DNA of 64,000 nt from the human T2T-CHM13v2.0 reference genome, Homo sapiens. The stretch lies in assembly GCF_009914755.1 (NCBI RefSeq), contig NC_060933.1. One strand, written 5' to 3'. The notes under the pieces were generated by a model. That model made no database searches. It was given only the letters and a program-made list of their open reading frames with translations, and was not told the DNA's origin. A program made the translations under genes and the position numbers. Below, one piece after another: positions 1 through 14,593 of this stretch (position 1 is the first letter of the stretch; each line of letters begins with the position of its first letter).

Positions 1-859
1 GCCATCAGTCCCCCGCCCCTTCCTCACCTCAACTTAATGAACAAATAAGGAAAGAAAATTAAAGCAAAAAAAATTAAACAGCTTCAGCTAAGATCAATAG
101 AATTCTATAAAGCTCTGGGCTATGGTATTGAGTGAGCGCAGAGTAATCCCCTGCATATTGCATGTTAAGTTAACTTGTGAGAGAAATATGCTCTTTCTCA
201 GCCTCGCACCTTCTCCTCCATGGTGAAGGAGGAAGCAGGGAACACAAATTAAAATAATGTTGATTTAGTTTTTAAAGGGAGTACCCAGGAGCATTTTCTG
301 CATGGCCAACTGAAAACTCCAGCCCAGGCTGCAGAACGCCTCTCTCTGCACAATACAAAGAGAATATTTGATCCCCAGAGCTCAGCCTGCTGGTGGATTT
401 TTATTTTGGTTTTGGTTTTTGTTTCTTTTATGCCTTCCTCTGGATCTCAAACTTTTAAATGCCGACTGGAAAATTCCTTTTTCAGCAAAAGGTCCTTGCT
501 CCACTCCAGTGTGACTGTAGGGAATCATTAGTCCTAACACATAGCAGTGTGTGATCAGGGCACACCGCGCCAGGGAAGCAGGTGGGGAAGAACAGGCATG
601 ATGTGGGTCCCTGTGTCTTGTCATTGGCTTGGCTTCTCCTAGGTGAGGGAGAACTCAGGGAACCAGGTCATCGGGTTTGCTCCTGGCAATTTAGCCACCT
701 CTTCAGGTCCTGCAGACACTCGCCTAAATTCCAACCAGGGAGCAAGCATCAGAAACCATTCATGCCCACTCGATCAGTCCTTCTGAAAGACAGGCAGCCA
801 AGAGGCAGCCGAGCCTGGTGCCAGGCAACCAGAGCTTGAAGCAGGGGTGGTGGATTCAA

Positions 860-1055
860 GCAGACCTGTGGCCAAATTCCAGCTCCACCATTTACAAGCT
901 GCACAACTTTAACCAAGTTAGTTAACGTTTTAAGTCCCATTTTTAAAACAGCAATCATAATACCTCTCTTGCAGAACAGCACTGGGGATTAAATGAGATG
1001 TATCATGTGAAAAAAAATACCTGGCCTAGAGTAAATGCTCAGTAAATGTTGGCTT
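860..1055 (+). mobile_element. MIR SINE
   Basis: MIR core and tail: ggggattaaatgagat...cctggcctagagtaaatgctcagtaaatgttggc. Confidence 0.75.
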
Positions 1056-1239
1056 CCTTCTAAAGGGTTGACCCTGTGCACCTGGAAATGGGCAATGGCA
1101 CAGGGACTACACACCGAATTCTGAATTCATTTCCAAGTCTCCAGCACTGAACACATTAAACAAGAAAAGCTGAGTGATGAATTAATGAATGGCCAGAACC
1201 ATAGAGCTAATCCTTCATTGCTATCTTGCAAATAGTTTT

Positions 1240-1775
1240 CTCACATTATAAAATGAATTCATGCTTGATGTAGAGTTCTTAAGAAGTATAGATAATCAAA
1301 GAGAAGGAAATACAAATCATCCAGAATCTTGGCAACAAGAAACAGCTGCCATTATGGTTTCGGTATATAGCCTTCTGGGTATTTGTCATCATGTCTACAG
1401 AGATATAAATATTTGTTAAAGCAAAATGGAACCATTCTGAAACACTTTTTACATCACCTGTTTTGCTTATTTAACAATGGACCAGGAACATCTCTCCATG
1501 CCATTCAATTTCCTTCTATATGAGTTTTTAAGTGCTGAAAATATGACATTGATTCAATATACAGTAATTTATGTAAAAGAACTCCTTCTTGGATATACAG
1601 GCTATTTTCAATGTGTTCCTTTTATGACTGACTCTATAGACAACTATCTATAGATGAACACTTTAGACTTCTATCTTTGCAAATGGGTCTGAATACACCC
1701 TAAAAACAAACCTCTACAAATGGAATTGCTTGGTCCAAGACTCTGGAAAAATTTAAGGCCCACCAGAAAGGGAGA
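1240..1775 (-). mobile_element. Old L1 (L1M/L1ME-like) 3' fragment
   Basis: Degenerate antisense L1 3' motifs (ggatatacaggctattttcaa, aaatggaattgcttggtcc). Confidence 0.5.
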
Positions 1776-2826
1776 TGAAAATAATGACATTGTGCAAACA
1801 AACCTCACACACAATGCTCACAGGTACCCGACCACCCTTCCAGAATAAACAGAGCCCCAGTTCCAGCCCAGGCAGGATGTTCAGAACTAGGGATGACCTT
1901 AGGAGCGGCCAGGACTGGCCACCCCACTAGGGAAGGGGATGTAGTGAATAACAGGGCCAGAATTAGGCCAGGTGCCCTCACCTATGGCTATTTGACCCCA
2001 GGCAAGAATTTTAATGACAGTGAGGCTCTGAGAACTCTGTAAAAATAAGGATAATGGTATTTTTCCATCTGCTTTGAGGCAGTGGGGGAGTTGTAAGGAG
2101 CTAATGAAAGGATATCTGTGAAAATGCTTTTCAAACAGCAAATGAAATTGGGGAGGAGCTGCTCTGGGGGCAGCTCAGGGAAACTGAGCAGTTTTCCCAA
2201 ACCTCCAGAGACAATCTTCTCAGTGTGTGGCTTTGGGCTTTTGTTTGAAATGATGTGAATTCCCAGAACATCAGACACACCCACGGTCAAATGTAAGTAA
2301 AAAACACACCCAAGCCAAGGGTGCTGGGAATCCTGGCCCCTCTCGATTCAGGGTTATTCACGCTGGGTCTGCCCGCCTTCCTTCCTTGCTTCTTTCCTCC
2401 CTTCCTTCCACCCATGCAATCAACTGCCCCGCAGAATGTAAATTACAAACATCTCCCAAAGCAACTACCTGGAACCCTCACCCATTCCACTCCATGGCTT
2501 CTGATGGAGAGAGGAGAGAAAAAAGGAAACACACACAGGAATCCTTGCTAATTTATTCAAGTATTTTAGGACACTGGAGATATTTCCTGATAGCAAACAA
2601 CTTTGCTCTTGGAGACCTTCAACAAAGATGGTTCAGGCTGCAGTTTCCTTCCTGCAGCCTAAACTTCAGTCTGGCACAGTGTTTGCTACCATAGCTCCTC
2701 CAGGGCAGATTCTTGTGGTAGGGATGGTGGGAAGTGGGTCAGAAGTACCCAAGATCAACCAGTACAACTGTTCTCTCCTGGTCTGTCAGAGCAATAAGGC
2801 TCTGGAGTTTAATGTGCTTGGCTCTT

Positions 2827-3025
2827 CAGGAGTGTCCAGGGGAAAGGATACAGTCATGGCTTCTTAATTTCTGTTTCTGATTGGGCCAGTAAAGTCCCTT
2901 CCTCATCCCTCTTTTCTGCTTATCACTAGAGACAGAAACTAAAAACCATGGCTTCAGGCTACTAAAAAGCCTAAAACAAAACAGAACCACCACCACCACC
3001 AAATAAGGCAGGTTGGACAAGCTTG
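2827..3025 (+). mobile_element. hAT-Charlie MITE, MER107/MER30 family
   Basis: ~200 bp with termini CAGGAGTGTCCA...GGTTGGACAAGCTTG typical of MER30/MER107; no clean 8-bp TSD seen. Confidence 0.7.
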
Positions 3026-3337
3026 CAAAGAATCCTAATTTGCCAACCCAGAGGTGGTTTCAGCTGCAGTGAGGGCACAGGGGAGCTCTGATTGAGAAAA
3101 TGCACTCATCCGCAAGAACACTTCCTGTATGTGGGGACAGGGAGAAGCTGTTGGGGGTGCAAAGCTGTGAGAGGCAGCGTCCACCCCAAGGAGTGTTTAA
3201 GAGTTTGTACCTTGTGGTCAGAAAAGGCTGGGCCTGAACTCCAGCTTTGCCACTGCTGTATGCTGCACCTTGGATAAGATCATTAACTTTGTTAAGCCTA
3301 CATAAAATGGGAATAGAGCAATTTACCTCTAAGAGCT

Positions 3338-3515
3338 TGATATGGTTTGGCTCTGTGTCCCCACCAAAATCTCATCTTGTAGCTACCATAACTCCCATCT
3401 GTTGTGGGAGGGAGATAATCGAATCATGGGGACAAGTCTTTCCTGTGCTGGTCTCATGATAGTGTATATGTCTCCTGAGATTTGATGGTTTTAAAAATAG
3501 GAGTTTCCCTGCACA

Positions 3516-3555
<40 letters not shown>

Positions 3556-3705
3556 TGCCACCACGTGAGACGTGCCTTTCAGCTTCCACCATGATTTGAG
3601 GCCTCCCTAGCCATGTGAAACTATAAGTGCATTAAACCTCTTTCTTTTGTAAATTGCCCAGTCTCGCATATGTCTTTATCATCAGTGTGAAAACAGACTA
3701 ATACA
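3338..3705 (+). mobile_element. THE1 (THE1B-like) MaLR solo LTR inserted in a MIR (~3200-3790)
   Basis: TGATATGGTTTGG...GACTAATACA termini; perfect 5-bp TSD GAGCT (3333-3337, 3706-3710); internal (CT)n at ~3518-3552. Confidence 0.92.
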
Positions 3706-4097
3706 GAGCTGTTGTGAAGATAAAATGAGATGATGTCAATATAAATGAATATATTGCTGTGACAGACATTATTCTCAACCATAAGCTTTCAGCCCACTCA
3801 CCTTGCACCCCAACTCCTCCAGCAGTGCTATCTTGGCTGAGCTCAGAGCATTATCAGTCACTTTTTAGACATTAGAAAAGTTTGATTCTCAGAAATCAAT
3901 AAAGTTCAGATTCTCCTAACACTAAAACTTCAATTTCTCATCCAATTCAAAGGCTCTCTCTTTCCCCAGCTCAGGCCTACACCAGGCTCAGTAACCTGCA
4001 GTTGGGAAGCGGGGGGCTTTTCCTTACTCTCAGTCCCTCCTCCACTTCCTCTGGCCTCTCCAGGACTGCAGCAGAAGGAAGGAGGAAAGGTAAAGGG

Positions 4098-4460
4098 TGG
4101 TCTTAGACAGTTCAGACTGCTATAACAAAACACCATAAACTGGTGTCTTATAAACAACAGAGAATTTATTTCTCACAGTCCTGGAGGCGGGGAAGTCCAA
4201 GATCAAGTCACTGGCAGATTTGGTGTGTGGTAAGGGCCTCTTCCTGGTTCACAGAGAGCTATATTCTCACCGTAACCTCACATGGCAGAAGTGGTAAGGG
4301 AGCTCTCAAGGCCTCTTTAAAAAGCGCACTAATCTCATTTATAAAGGTTCTGCCCTCATGACTTAATTATCCCTCAAAGGCCCCATCTCCTAATACCATA
4401 GCACTAGGCATTAGGTTTCAACATATGAATTTAGGGGACACAAATATTTAGTTTATAGCA
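4098..4460 (-). mobile_element. MLT1A-like MaLR LTR
   Basis: gtcttag...ctgctataacaaaacaccataaactgg...tttcaacatatgaattt...atagca. Confidence 0.8.
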
Positions 4461-5094
4461 AGGACTAAAATGGTCAATTGACTTAGCTGCACTGTGAAGA
4501 TCTGCATGAGGCCCTGTGTGTGGCAGATGGCCAAACCCTGACTGTCACCCACAGGCACTTCAGTGCCTTCCTCTACCTCCATGGAAGCACCTCCTCCCCA
4601 ATCCCACCTCTACCCATGTGGCTGAGATTGCCCTTGGAAAGGCCGTCCTCTTGGGCATAGCCCTATCACGAGGCCTCTACTCTTAAGACTGCCCATCCAT
4701 AGCGTCCACTTAGCTAGTGGGAAACTCAGCATCCTCACCCCTCCAATCCTGACAGTGTGTGACATGCCCACCTCAGCCTTTCTCCTCATTCTGCTAACCT
4801 TCTCCTTTGGACTTTTGCAGTTTCAGTACCTCCATGTGCCAGAGGATGCGGATTAATTTTGCCCAGAATTCTCTCACCATGTCTACTCCCACAGCAGCTA
4901 TGGAAGTGTCTAGGTGTTTCTTCAGTTCCACGATCATTCAGCTAGAGGGTGAGGTGGAGTGATGAGTGAAATATCAGTCCCCTTCGGGCTAATCACCCCA
5001 AACTTGAGTTTTTCTGCTAGGAAATGTATCTCCCTCCACCAGGTAGCCCATTGTTTTCAAAGAGATGTTTACTCACTCTGACAGTACTGAGGAT

Positions 5095-5360
5095 GACAGT
5101 GCTGACACTTATAGGCCCTCACTATGAGCTAAATACTGTTCTAAGAATTCTAGATGTAGAACTGCCTGGTCCATATATAATAACGCATTTAATCCTCACA
5201 GCATCCCTATGAGGTAGATGCTATAGTCACCCCACTTCATAGGTAAGTAAATGAAAGTACAGAGCTAAGTAATTTAGCCAAGATCTTGCAGCTAGTAGTA
5301 GCAGAGAGGAAACTTGAACTCAGACTCTCTGGGCTTTAGCTTTTGGACCCTAATCACAAA
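5095..5360 (-). mobile_element. MIR SINE
   Basis: catttaatcctcacagcatccctatgaggtag...cttgaactcagactc. Confidence 0.8.
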
Positions 5361-5857
5361 TTCCTATTTCCTCTCCGTCTTTCTCTTAAGTAGAAGTGAA
5401 GAATGGACTAAAGCATCTGAAAATATGTTAGTCATTTTTTGGCATGTGCTGCAAATGTGTCTAGTACCCATCTTCAGAATGCAGGAGTATTTGTCGCTCT
5501 GTTCTCAGCTTTCAGTCAACCAAAATTCCATAGACAATAGTCAAAGTTCCATTTAATATACTGTTACATATATAAATCTCTTAGAACTTTGTCAACCATT
5601 CATCAACAATAAATGGAAGCTTCAAAGCTAGGGAGCTCATGGCCTGAAAGGGAGAAAAATAGCCAGGAAATAGAGCATCATAATACAGTATAGACGCTGT
5701 AGTATATAATTTTGTGTTATGAATTCCACAAATATTTATTAGAAACCTATTATGGGCTGTTAGGGGCTGAGGATATAATGATCAAATTGGATGAGGTTCC
5801 CATCCTGTGGAAAGTCCCTGCAATTGAAAGGAAAAATATTCTCTAGAAAGAAGGAAT

Positions 5858-6309
5858 TTCGGTTATCTATTACTACATAAACTAACTCAAATTTAGAGGC
5901 TTAAGATGACAACCACCATTTATTGGCTCATAATTCTACAACTTGGACAAGGCTCAGAGGGGCCCTCCTAGGGTCTCTTAGGTGGCTGCAATCCCCTGAG
6001 AACTCAGCCAAGGAATATCCATGAAGGCATCACTGACATGTGTGGCAACTGGTGCCAGCTGAGAGCTGGTGTGCGTAGATTTTCCTCCAAGTGGCTTCCT
6101 TTCCTCCACTAGTCTCCATTGGCCTCTTTATCAAATGGCAGCTGGTTTCCAAGAAGGAGGTCCCACTGTGCAAGTACTTATCAAGTCTCTACATTCTAAT
6201 GTCTCACTGGCCAAGCAAGTCCCATGGCTGAGCCCAGAGTCCATATGGGAGGGGATCACACCAAGAGAATCCTGGTCCACTGGGGATCACTGATGGACAG
6301 TCTACCACA
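5858..6309 (-). mobile_element. Old MLT1 MaLR LTR
   Basis: ggttatctattactacataa...cactggccaagcaagtcccatggctgagccc...gtctaccaca. Confidence 0.65.
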
Positions 6310-7499
6310 AGAAGCTTCACAGGATGTCTGACCCACTGGCTGCCTCTCCCAGGGCCCTGGGTCAGCTATGTTCCTAGCATCCACCCTCCCTCCAAAAGCT
6401 CCACCCCAGCAGGTGGTTCTGGGAGGCAGGGCTCAAGTCAGAAGGGCAAGGGATAGGACTTGCTTTGTTCAAGTCAGAAATTTACATTCTGTGTCATCAC
6501 CTATGTGGCATCAATTTCAAGAGGCACCAAGCAGGTTCCCCATCTCAAAAAATAACCCCACTCTCTGCCACCTCACCATTATTTCATTCTTTGCAGGGGG
6601 AACATTTATGTTTGACTTCAGTAGAGACATCCTTAGTTAATATGGATTACAGCCCCACTGTAAGTGATCTTGTTTGTAATATACAATTATAGCAGAGTGT
6701 GCACAAAGTCTTGCTGGCCCAGAGGAGACCTTGAGGGCGGTTCACCAGAAGTTAGTCAAATGGTTCAGAGCAAAGTCTCAGGGAATGGGAACGCATCCTC
6801 TCTGTGGGTTAGTAAGAACATTCTGGCTGCTGTGAAGGGAAATCCTCAGTAGAGTGCAAAAGAGCTAGCAGAACCCCAGGAGTGCTGCCTTGGACCTGGG
6901 GTGGTCACGTACTTTTAATTCAAAATTTCTCTTCAGCCTTTTGTCAACTATTTCTTTCTTTCCGCAAAGGGGCTTAGCTTTTGGAACTCAACAGCTAGGA
7001 AGAAGTTCCCCTTTTCTCTGTTTCTCCTATCACATTGTTTCCCCAAGACCATGAATACAGAATGATTAGCCTAATTGAAGGGGACAAAGAGCCAAAGAAA
7101 TTATAATGATTAGGGGGCGGGGCTCTGTGGACATTTCCAAAAATTCTTATCCCATCACATAAGAATGCATAACCTAATCAAACAGTGAAACTTCTATTAG
7201 TCTCATCCCACTGAGTGGGTTCCACCACCATTAACAAGCCCTCGTATTGTCTTCTTAAATTTGAGAAACTTTCCAGGTATTTTTATAGACAGAGTGGGCT
7301 GAGCGGGAGCTACCTGACCCTGGTAGTCAAGATGCTGGCATCCAGAATGGGAAAATGAGGTAAGTAACTCCCCTTACAAACAGACTTGCTCCACTGGCAA
7401 CTGCAGCTTTTGCAGAATGATAGGAAATGACATGGTCACAATTGTATTTGGGTAAGATTCATCTGGCAGCAACATACAGGCTGATTTAGAGGTGGGAGA

Positions 7500-7745
7500 T
7501 CTAATAATAATAATTCCCGGGAATTGTAATAGCATCGCGGGGGACCCTGTACTAGGCACTGGATGTGGTCACTCCCACCTCATCCTCACATAACTGTGAG
7601 CTAGGGTGGTATTTTCTATGTCGCGCAGATAATAAAATTAAAGTCAAAGATATCCAGACACTTGCCCAAGGGCTAAACTGCAAATAAGAAGCAGAGTCAA
7701 GATGACATTCAGATCCAGCTGGCTTTGAAGCCCCTGCTTGTATCT
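7500..7745 (-). mobile_element. MIR SINE
   Basis: catcctcacataactgtgag...cttgcccaagg...agcagagtcaaga. Confidence 0.6.
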
Positions 7746-8349
7746 GTTCAGAAGCTACGACAATTGCAGGGCCAAGACATGATCAAGGCCAGAACTAAGG
7801 TGCGGAAGCAAATACAGTAAAGAAAACAGCAGACAGAAAGCTGTGTGTCAGGGGAGGACTTGAGAGGACCCAGTGCAGACCCGAAGCTGCAGCAGACTGA
7901 GAGAGACATTCTCAGTCCTTCCTGCCTGTGCCTGCAGCAGGCATTGAACTGGATTGGCTTTTGAGCCCTACAAGGAACAATGATGGAAGGCTTTATTGCT
8001 GTGTTTTGCTTCAGAAAACTGGTAATTCTTACACATTTCATAAGCCAGGAGCAGAGTAATTATCCACTTATTTAAAGCCATCTCCTCATTTGTGTATTTA
8101 TTCATTCAGGAAGCTGGTGGGGTGGGGCCGGGGAGGGTGGCAGAAACAGGAAACAAAATCCTGGAAACATCATTAATTATTATTTCCTAGAGATAGCAGT
8201 GCCGTGCTATTACCTGCTCATCACTCAAGGCCAGGCCCAACTCGTCCACCTTTTTTGGCTTCTGCTGCTTAGCATAGAGCCCTACATACAGTAGACATTC
8301 AACAGGTGCTTCGAGATAATGAGGCTGACGGTGTCACCCAGGAGACATC

Positions 8350-8560
8350 CCACTGCTGGGGTCCAGGCCCTGTCCCAAGTCTGGCTTGTGGGTCCTTAAG
8401 CAAGTCACTTAAAGTCTTGATGCCTCTGTGTATTCATTTGAAGGACAGGAATAATGATGGGACTTATCTCTCTGGGTTGTTAGTAAGATCAATGAGTTAT
8501 GATAATGGAAGACTTAAAGCAGTGCATTCCAAAAAGATTAGCTGATATTAGTAGCCGTAG
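8350..8560 (+). mobile_element. MIR SINE
   Basis: ccttaagcaagtcacttaa...ggaataatga...gttgttagtaagatcaatgag. Confidence 0.6.
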
Positions 8561-9469
8561 TATTGAATGCTTGGGTCCCATTAGGATCTGCTACCTTGTC
8601 TCAGCCACAGGCCCCCAGGGCTGGTGACGGGGATGCCTGGGTTATTAGATACAGGGCATTCATTGCCAAGCAGAAGCCTGAGCCCATTGTTCTGAGTAAT
8701 TATGCTCAAAGTTCTCGGAACCTGCTTGTTTCCGTCCTTTTAGTATCGCCTCCTGTGCTACCGCTTGGCTCTGCGCCTAGACCGAGTCTGTGTTGGTTTC
8801 TGGAGTCTGCCACTTGCGGAAATGTCTATTTTAGCAGGGTGTCTCCTCTTGGCCTGGGAGGCCCTTGCTGAGCCCTGCTTTGTCCCCCTCAGGCATGTGG
8901 AGAAGCTGCTTTGGCTAACCCCTCCTGCCTACCAGGCCACAGATGCCTCAGGAAAGTACTGACTCTCCAGGCAGGAAGAAAGGAAACAGTTTTGTAGCTC
9001 TGACATTTTGGGGAAGGGGGTTCCTGGAAGCACCCTCACTTGCATCCCCAGTGGTCCCCTTCCCCTGAAGCTTCTAATGCAAACTTCATCTTTCTTCCCC
9101 AAGTTGACACACTTTTCTAACTTCCTGGACTCAACAGGGGATGAGCTTTCTTCGAAGCCCCTCTCCCCTACTGGTTTTCCCATCTCCCTCCCCACCTGAC
9201 TCTGTGGGGAAGAAGAACTTTTGGTTTCTTGGTCTGACTGCTGGCCCATCAGCTTTCCTCCATGCCTCTCCTTTTGAATTTTCTGCCAAAAACTGACTTG
9301 ACCTCCCACTTTTGAGAAAGCCATAGTCACATGGTACAAGAAGTTTTATCCTCCAGCCTCTTGACCTCTGCCTACCAAATCCCTCCTGCCTGTCCTCCAC
9401 TGGCCACCCTCACAGCTTTCCCCACAGTGCAGACGCTTCCTTCCTCTTCCTTCCTTCCTTCCTTCCTAA

Positions 9470-10190
9470 CGTAACCGCCCAGTGGTTCACCTTGTCCACA
9501 GCCTAGACAGAGCCGATTTAGCAAGACAGGGCAATGGCAATAGAGAAAGAGTAATTCTCACAGAGCTGGCTGTACAGGAGACTGGAGTTTTATTATTACT
9601 CAGTCTTGAAGAAAACTCTGGGATTGGGGGTTTTAAGGACAATTTGGTGGGTGGGGGCCAGTGAGTCCAGAGTGTTGATTGGGTCCGAGATGAAATCACA
9701 GGGAGTCAAAGCTGTCCTCTTGCACTTGAGCCAGTTCCTGGGTAGGGGCCATATGACTAGATGAGCCAGTTTATCCATCTGGGCGGTGCCAGCTGGTCCA
9801 CCAAGTGCACGGTCTGCTAAACATCTTAGGCGCTGGTATCAGGTTTTATAATAATGATGTTATTCCCCAAGAGCAATTTGGGGAGGGTCAGAATCTTGTA
9901 GCCTCCAGCTGCATGACTCCCAAACCATAATTTCTAATCTTGCGGCCAATTTGTTAGTCCTGCAAAGGCAGGCTAGTCCCTAGGCAGGAACGTTTGTTTT
10001 GGGAAAGGGCTGTTATGGCCTTTGTTTCAAAGTTAAACTATACAATAAGTTTCTCCCAAAGTTAGTTGGATTACAACGCCCAGGAATGAACAAGGGCAGC
10101 TTGGAGGTTCAAAGCAAGATGGAGTTGATTAGGTCAGATCTCTTTCATTGTCATCATTTTCTTAGTTATAATTTTGCAAGAGTGATTTCA
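9470..10190 (-). mobile_element. LTR8/LTR8A (ERV1) solo LTR
   Basis: Minus strand TGAAATCACTCTTGCAAAATTATAAC...GGTGAACCACTGGGCGGTTAC; ~720 bp; 4-bp TSD CTAA/CTAG. Confidence 0.85.
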
Positions 10191-10399
10191 CTAGCTCTTG
10201 AGAGAATTTTCTCCTGGGCTCTTCTTGGCCCACTGTCAGTCTTCCCTCTCTCCTGCTCCTCTGTTCACTTCCATTTGAAGCAAACGTGCAGCATTCACAC
10301 CCGGTTTGAAGAGTTTCGCCTTGACCCCATTGACCTATTTGGCCTGCATCCTATCACATTATTTCCTTTTCAGTTCCAAGCCTTTGGATCTAGAAGTGG

Positions 10400-11300
10400 G
10401 TATCTCTTGCCTCTCCCTCCTTCTCTCCCATTCTCTCCCTAAACGCTTCTCTCCAATTGCTTTTTCACCTCATGGATCTATTGAAGATGCTCTCCCAAAG
10501 GTCTTCAGAAAAGCATGAGCCTCCAAACCAAATGACCATTTCTTAATCCTTAACCTTCCAGACCTTTCAGAAGCAGGTGCCCCCAGTGAACACATGCTCC
10601 TCCCACAAACCTCTCCTCTCTGGGCTTGCCTGGTGTCCCCCTTCCCCAGCCCTCTGACCTCACCAACTGCCAACTGCTTTCTGTCTAAGTTCTTCTTGAG
10701 CTTATTCCAAGGCCAGGATCCTTTTCTTCAGGGATCACAAGTCAAAACTCAATGATCTTCTCTAGGCCAGTGACTCTCCAATCTGGAGCTGCTTCCAGCA
10801 CATTTCTACTTTGCATCTGATAACCAGATCAAACCAACAAGTTTCAAACTCAATGACTTGGCACCAGCCCAGTTGGCTTTCTCTCCTAACATCTGCATTT
10901 CTCTCAGGGGTCCATGGTTTTTTAGTAACTTCAACTTGCAATGCAGATTCACCAATGTCCCATGCCCCCTCTTTGATTTCCAGGTCCTCAAGATTTATAG
11001 ACTCATCTAAGGATTTCTTTCCCTTTCCCTCTATCCTCACAGCCACCCATCTAAGGCTTCCATATTTATTCCTGTAGGATAACAAACTGACTTCTTTTCT
11101 CTCTAGACTGTCTCCAAATGTGCCCCATTTAGATACAAATTCTGCCTTTGGTAACTATGGGATTATTTCAAGCATTTAGGTCTCATCTCCTCAAGATTAT
11201 AAACACTCGGAGGACAGGGACAGAATGACCTTCCTTCAGCCATCCCAGCACAGTGTCATGTCCACCATAGACACACAAGTACTTTGGAAATACCCACATA
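10400..11300 (+). mobile_element. L2 LINE fragments
   Basis: Pyrimidine-rich degenerate L2 ORF2/3' motifs, ending ...gaggacagggacag...cccagcacagtg. Confidence 0.55.
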
Positions 11301-11633
11301 ATGAATTGGCATTAGCTGGGGCCTGAGACATGTCCTCTATAGTGATTGTTTCCTGGACAGTGATCATGACTGGTCTGCCCCATCCACGCCAATCACTCTC
11401 TCCTTATCCCTGGCAGCAATGGTTCTACCCCTTCCAGTCAACTTCCCAACTCTGACCACTACCCAATGACCTTTGCTTAGTCTCTGTACTCCCCAATTTC
11501 TCTTAGCACCAATGTCGGGTGGGTGGTACAGACCTTGGTGGGCTTGAGGGAGTGTGCACTACTTAGCACTACTATCTTGCCACTTGGTCTAAACATCTTT
11601 CAGTGTAGTCTGTGGTCCTTTATTTAGATGCAG

Positions 11634-11950
<317 letters not shown>

Positions 11951-12659
11951 AGATGCAGAAACTTTCTAAAGGCAGGGACTACACTGATTTTGCCAGCCCT
12001 GAATGGCGAGGTGTATGTGTTAAGCCTGGTGAGCATCTGCAGGGCCCACAAGCCAACACTGGTGCTGAGTATTCCCTAGGCAATCCGAAGTTCTCTACGC
12101 AAAATACCAATATTTTACATTTTTCTGAATGTGTCTTTTTTTAAATAGGAAAAAAAAATCACTTTCATAAGAAAAAAGTCAAAGTTGGAAAGTTCTTAGT
12201 TTTGCTACCATTAGCTAAAAAAAGACTGATTAAAGACAAATGCGCCCATGAGTCAACTGGGAGGTGATTAAGCAGTCAAGCTCCATGCCCTTAGGGGGGT
12301 CATTACCTTGAAGAATGCAGCAGCCTCTGCAACTCCTATAATGGTATATACTGACTGCATCTGTTTTCGAAATCCTTTCCCTTAAGGACCAGGCACACTC
12401 CCTCAAGCCCACCAAGCTCTGCACCACCCACCCAACACTGGTGATCAAGGCTATCACCTCTGGGCTACACAGAAAGCCTGACACCAGGATCCTACTTGAC
12501 CCCACAGTGGTAGACAATGAGACCAAATCTGACGGGACCAAACATTCACAGAGGGTGAAAACACAGGTGTTAGTAGCTTCAAAGGAGGCTACAGACAACA
12601 GACAAAGAGCCCAGCAGGTGCCACCCATGGTAGATGATTGAGAGGACCCCGATGCCTCA

Positions 12660-13045
12660 CAAGCAACAGGCAGTGTGGCTGGATGGGACTCCTGCTCTGA
12701 CAGCAGGGTTGGCGACCGAGGGACTTTAGGGAAATTATTTGTCCATGAGTCTCGGTTTCCTCATCTAAAAAATATTTACCTTGCAGGGCTGTTATAAGGA
12801 TGAGATCATGTCAAACAGGATTTGAGTGCTTACTTTGTGCCAGGCACAATTCCAAGTATTTACATCCATTAAGTCATTTAGTCCTCTCAACAAACCTCTG
12901 AGACAAGTATTCTTATTATCCCCATTTTACACTGGAAGAAACTGAGAATCAAACTGGTAACTTGCCCAAGGTCACCCAGCTAGTAGCTGGTAACTGACCC
13001 ATAAAGCCATAATCAGAGTGAAGCCACCACTCCAAAAGTTTTGAG
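12660..13045. mobile_element. Two adjacent MIRs in opposite orientation (+ ~12660-12810, - ~12815-13045)
   Basis: ctcggtttcctcatctaaaa; attatccccattttacactggaagaaactgag...cttgcccaaggtcacccagctag. Confidence 0.75.
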
Positions 13046-13186
13046 TCAAAAGAGGAGCCCAGTTTGGAGGGAATGACAGCAGCTGTATATCTGTGAGGGG
13101 CCCACAGTCTACAAAGAGTGCACAGTCCGGCAAAGACCAGCCCTTGAACAGTCAACAAATGTGGCTGCTTTTTCCTTCCTCCTAAT

Positions 13187-13323
13187 ATGTGTGTGTCTGC
13201 TTATGTGTGTGTGGGCGTGTGTGAGCATGTGCATTTATGTGGGCATGTTTGTGTGTGAGTGTGATTCTGAGTGTGTGTTTGCAAGCGTGTGTTCACGTGT
13301 GCATGTGTGAGAGTGTGTGTGTA
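13187..13323. repeat. Degenerate (TG)n microsatellite
   Basis: Visible TG-rich tract. Confidence 0.85.
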
Positions 13324-14259
13324 ATGGGAATGGTGGGGCTCAGGGATGGGGTGACACCGTCTGATCATCTTTGGTTTCTCCATATCTCCTGCCCTATGCG
13401 CCTCTGCTGTCAGATGCACACGGGTGACCAGAGCCTTAAGAAAAAGTGTGCTTGATCCCTGACTCCGCATCTCACTGCCACCCCATTTCTTTGCCACCTA
13501 ACTAGCTCCATGTTATCTGTTTTATGCTTTGGCAGCTCCGGTTATGTAAAAAATCACCTGTGGATGCAGATTCTTCACAAAATCTGCTGTAAGGATCATT
13601 TTGACCAACCAGACTTTTAAGAAGTATTGGGAAGCAAATAGTTTGAGGCAATAGATTCTGGTAAAGACCTAACTTTAGTAATAAAGTAGACATTTCTACC
13701 CACCCAGTAAACACTTTGGAAGTGCTTATTACGTGCTAAGATTCAAAGCTGTCAGGGCTGTCCCAGCTCTCCAGTGGCTCACAACCCAGGGGGAGGACTG
13801 ACAGGAAAGAGCCACAGGGAGGCAGAGATAAAATCAGTGCTGGGGACACCAATGGAGGGATGCAGAAGCTCACTCCACCAAAGCAGCCCTGAAATTGCTA
13901 ACACCTGGTGCGAGCACCTGCTTCTCCAGCCGCCCTGCTAGAAATAATCCCACAGCGACCTCACTTACCTGAGCCTTCCAGAAGTTCTCCACTTGAGCTT
14001 TCACAGGATTGACCAAATTTGTTACTTTGAATCCCTAATGCCAATGCAGAGAGTGAAAAGCCTGACATCCAACCTTTTACTTATGTGTTCCCCCATCAGT
14101 GTGCTGGAATCTGTATCGGATTTGTTACTCTAGACACACAGAGCATGAGACGCAGTAGTAAATGGTCACTGAGGTTTCCTTCTGTTTAAGGCAACTGTGA
14201 GGGCTGAGGGACCAGGACCATCTTTCTCCCCTGGGATCAGTTTGAAAATGATGAGCTGA

Positions 14260-14593
<334 letters not shown>
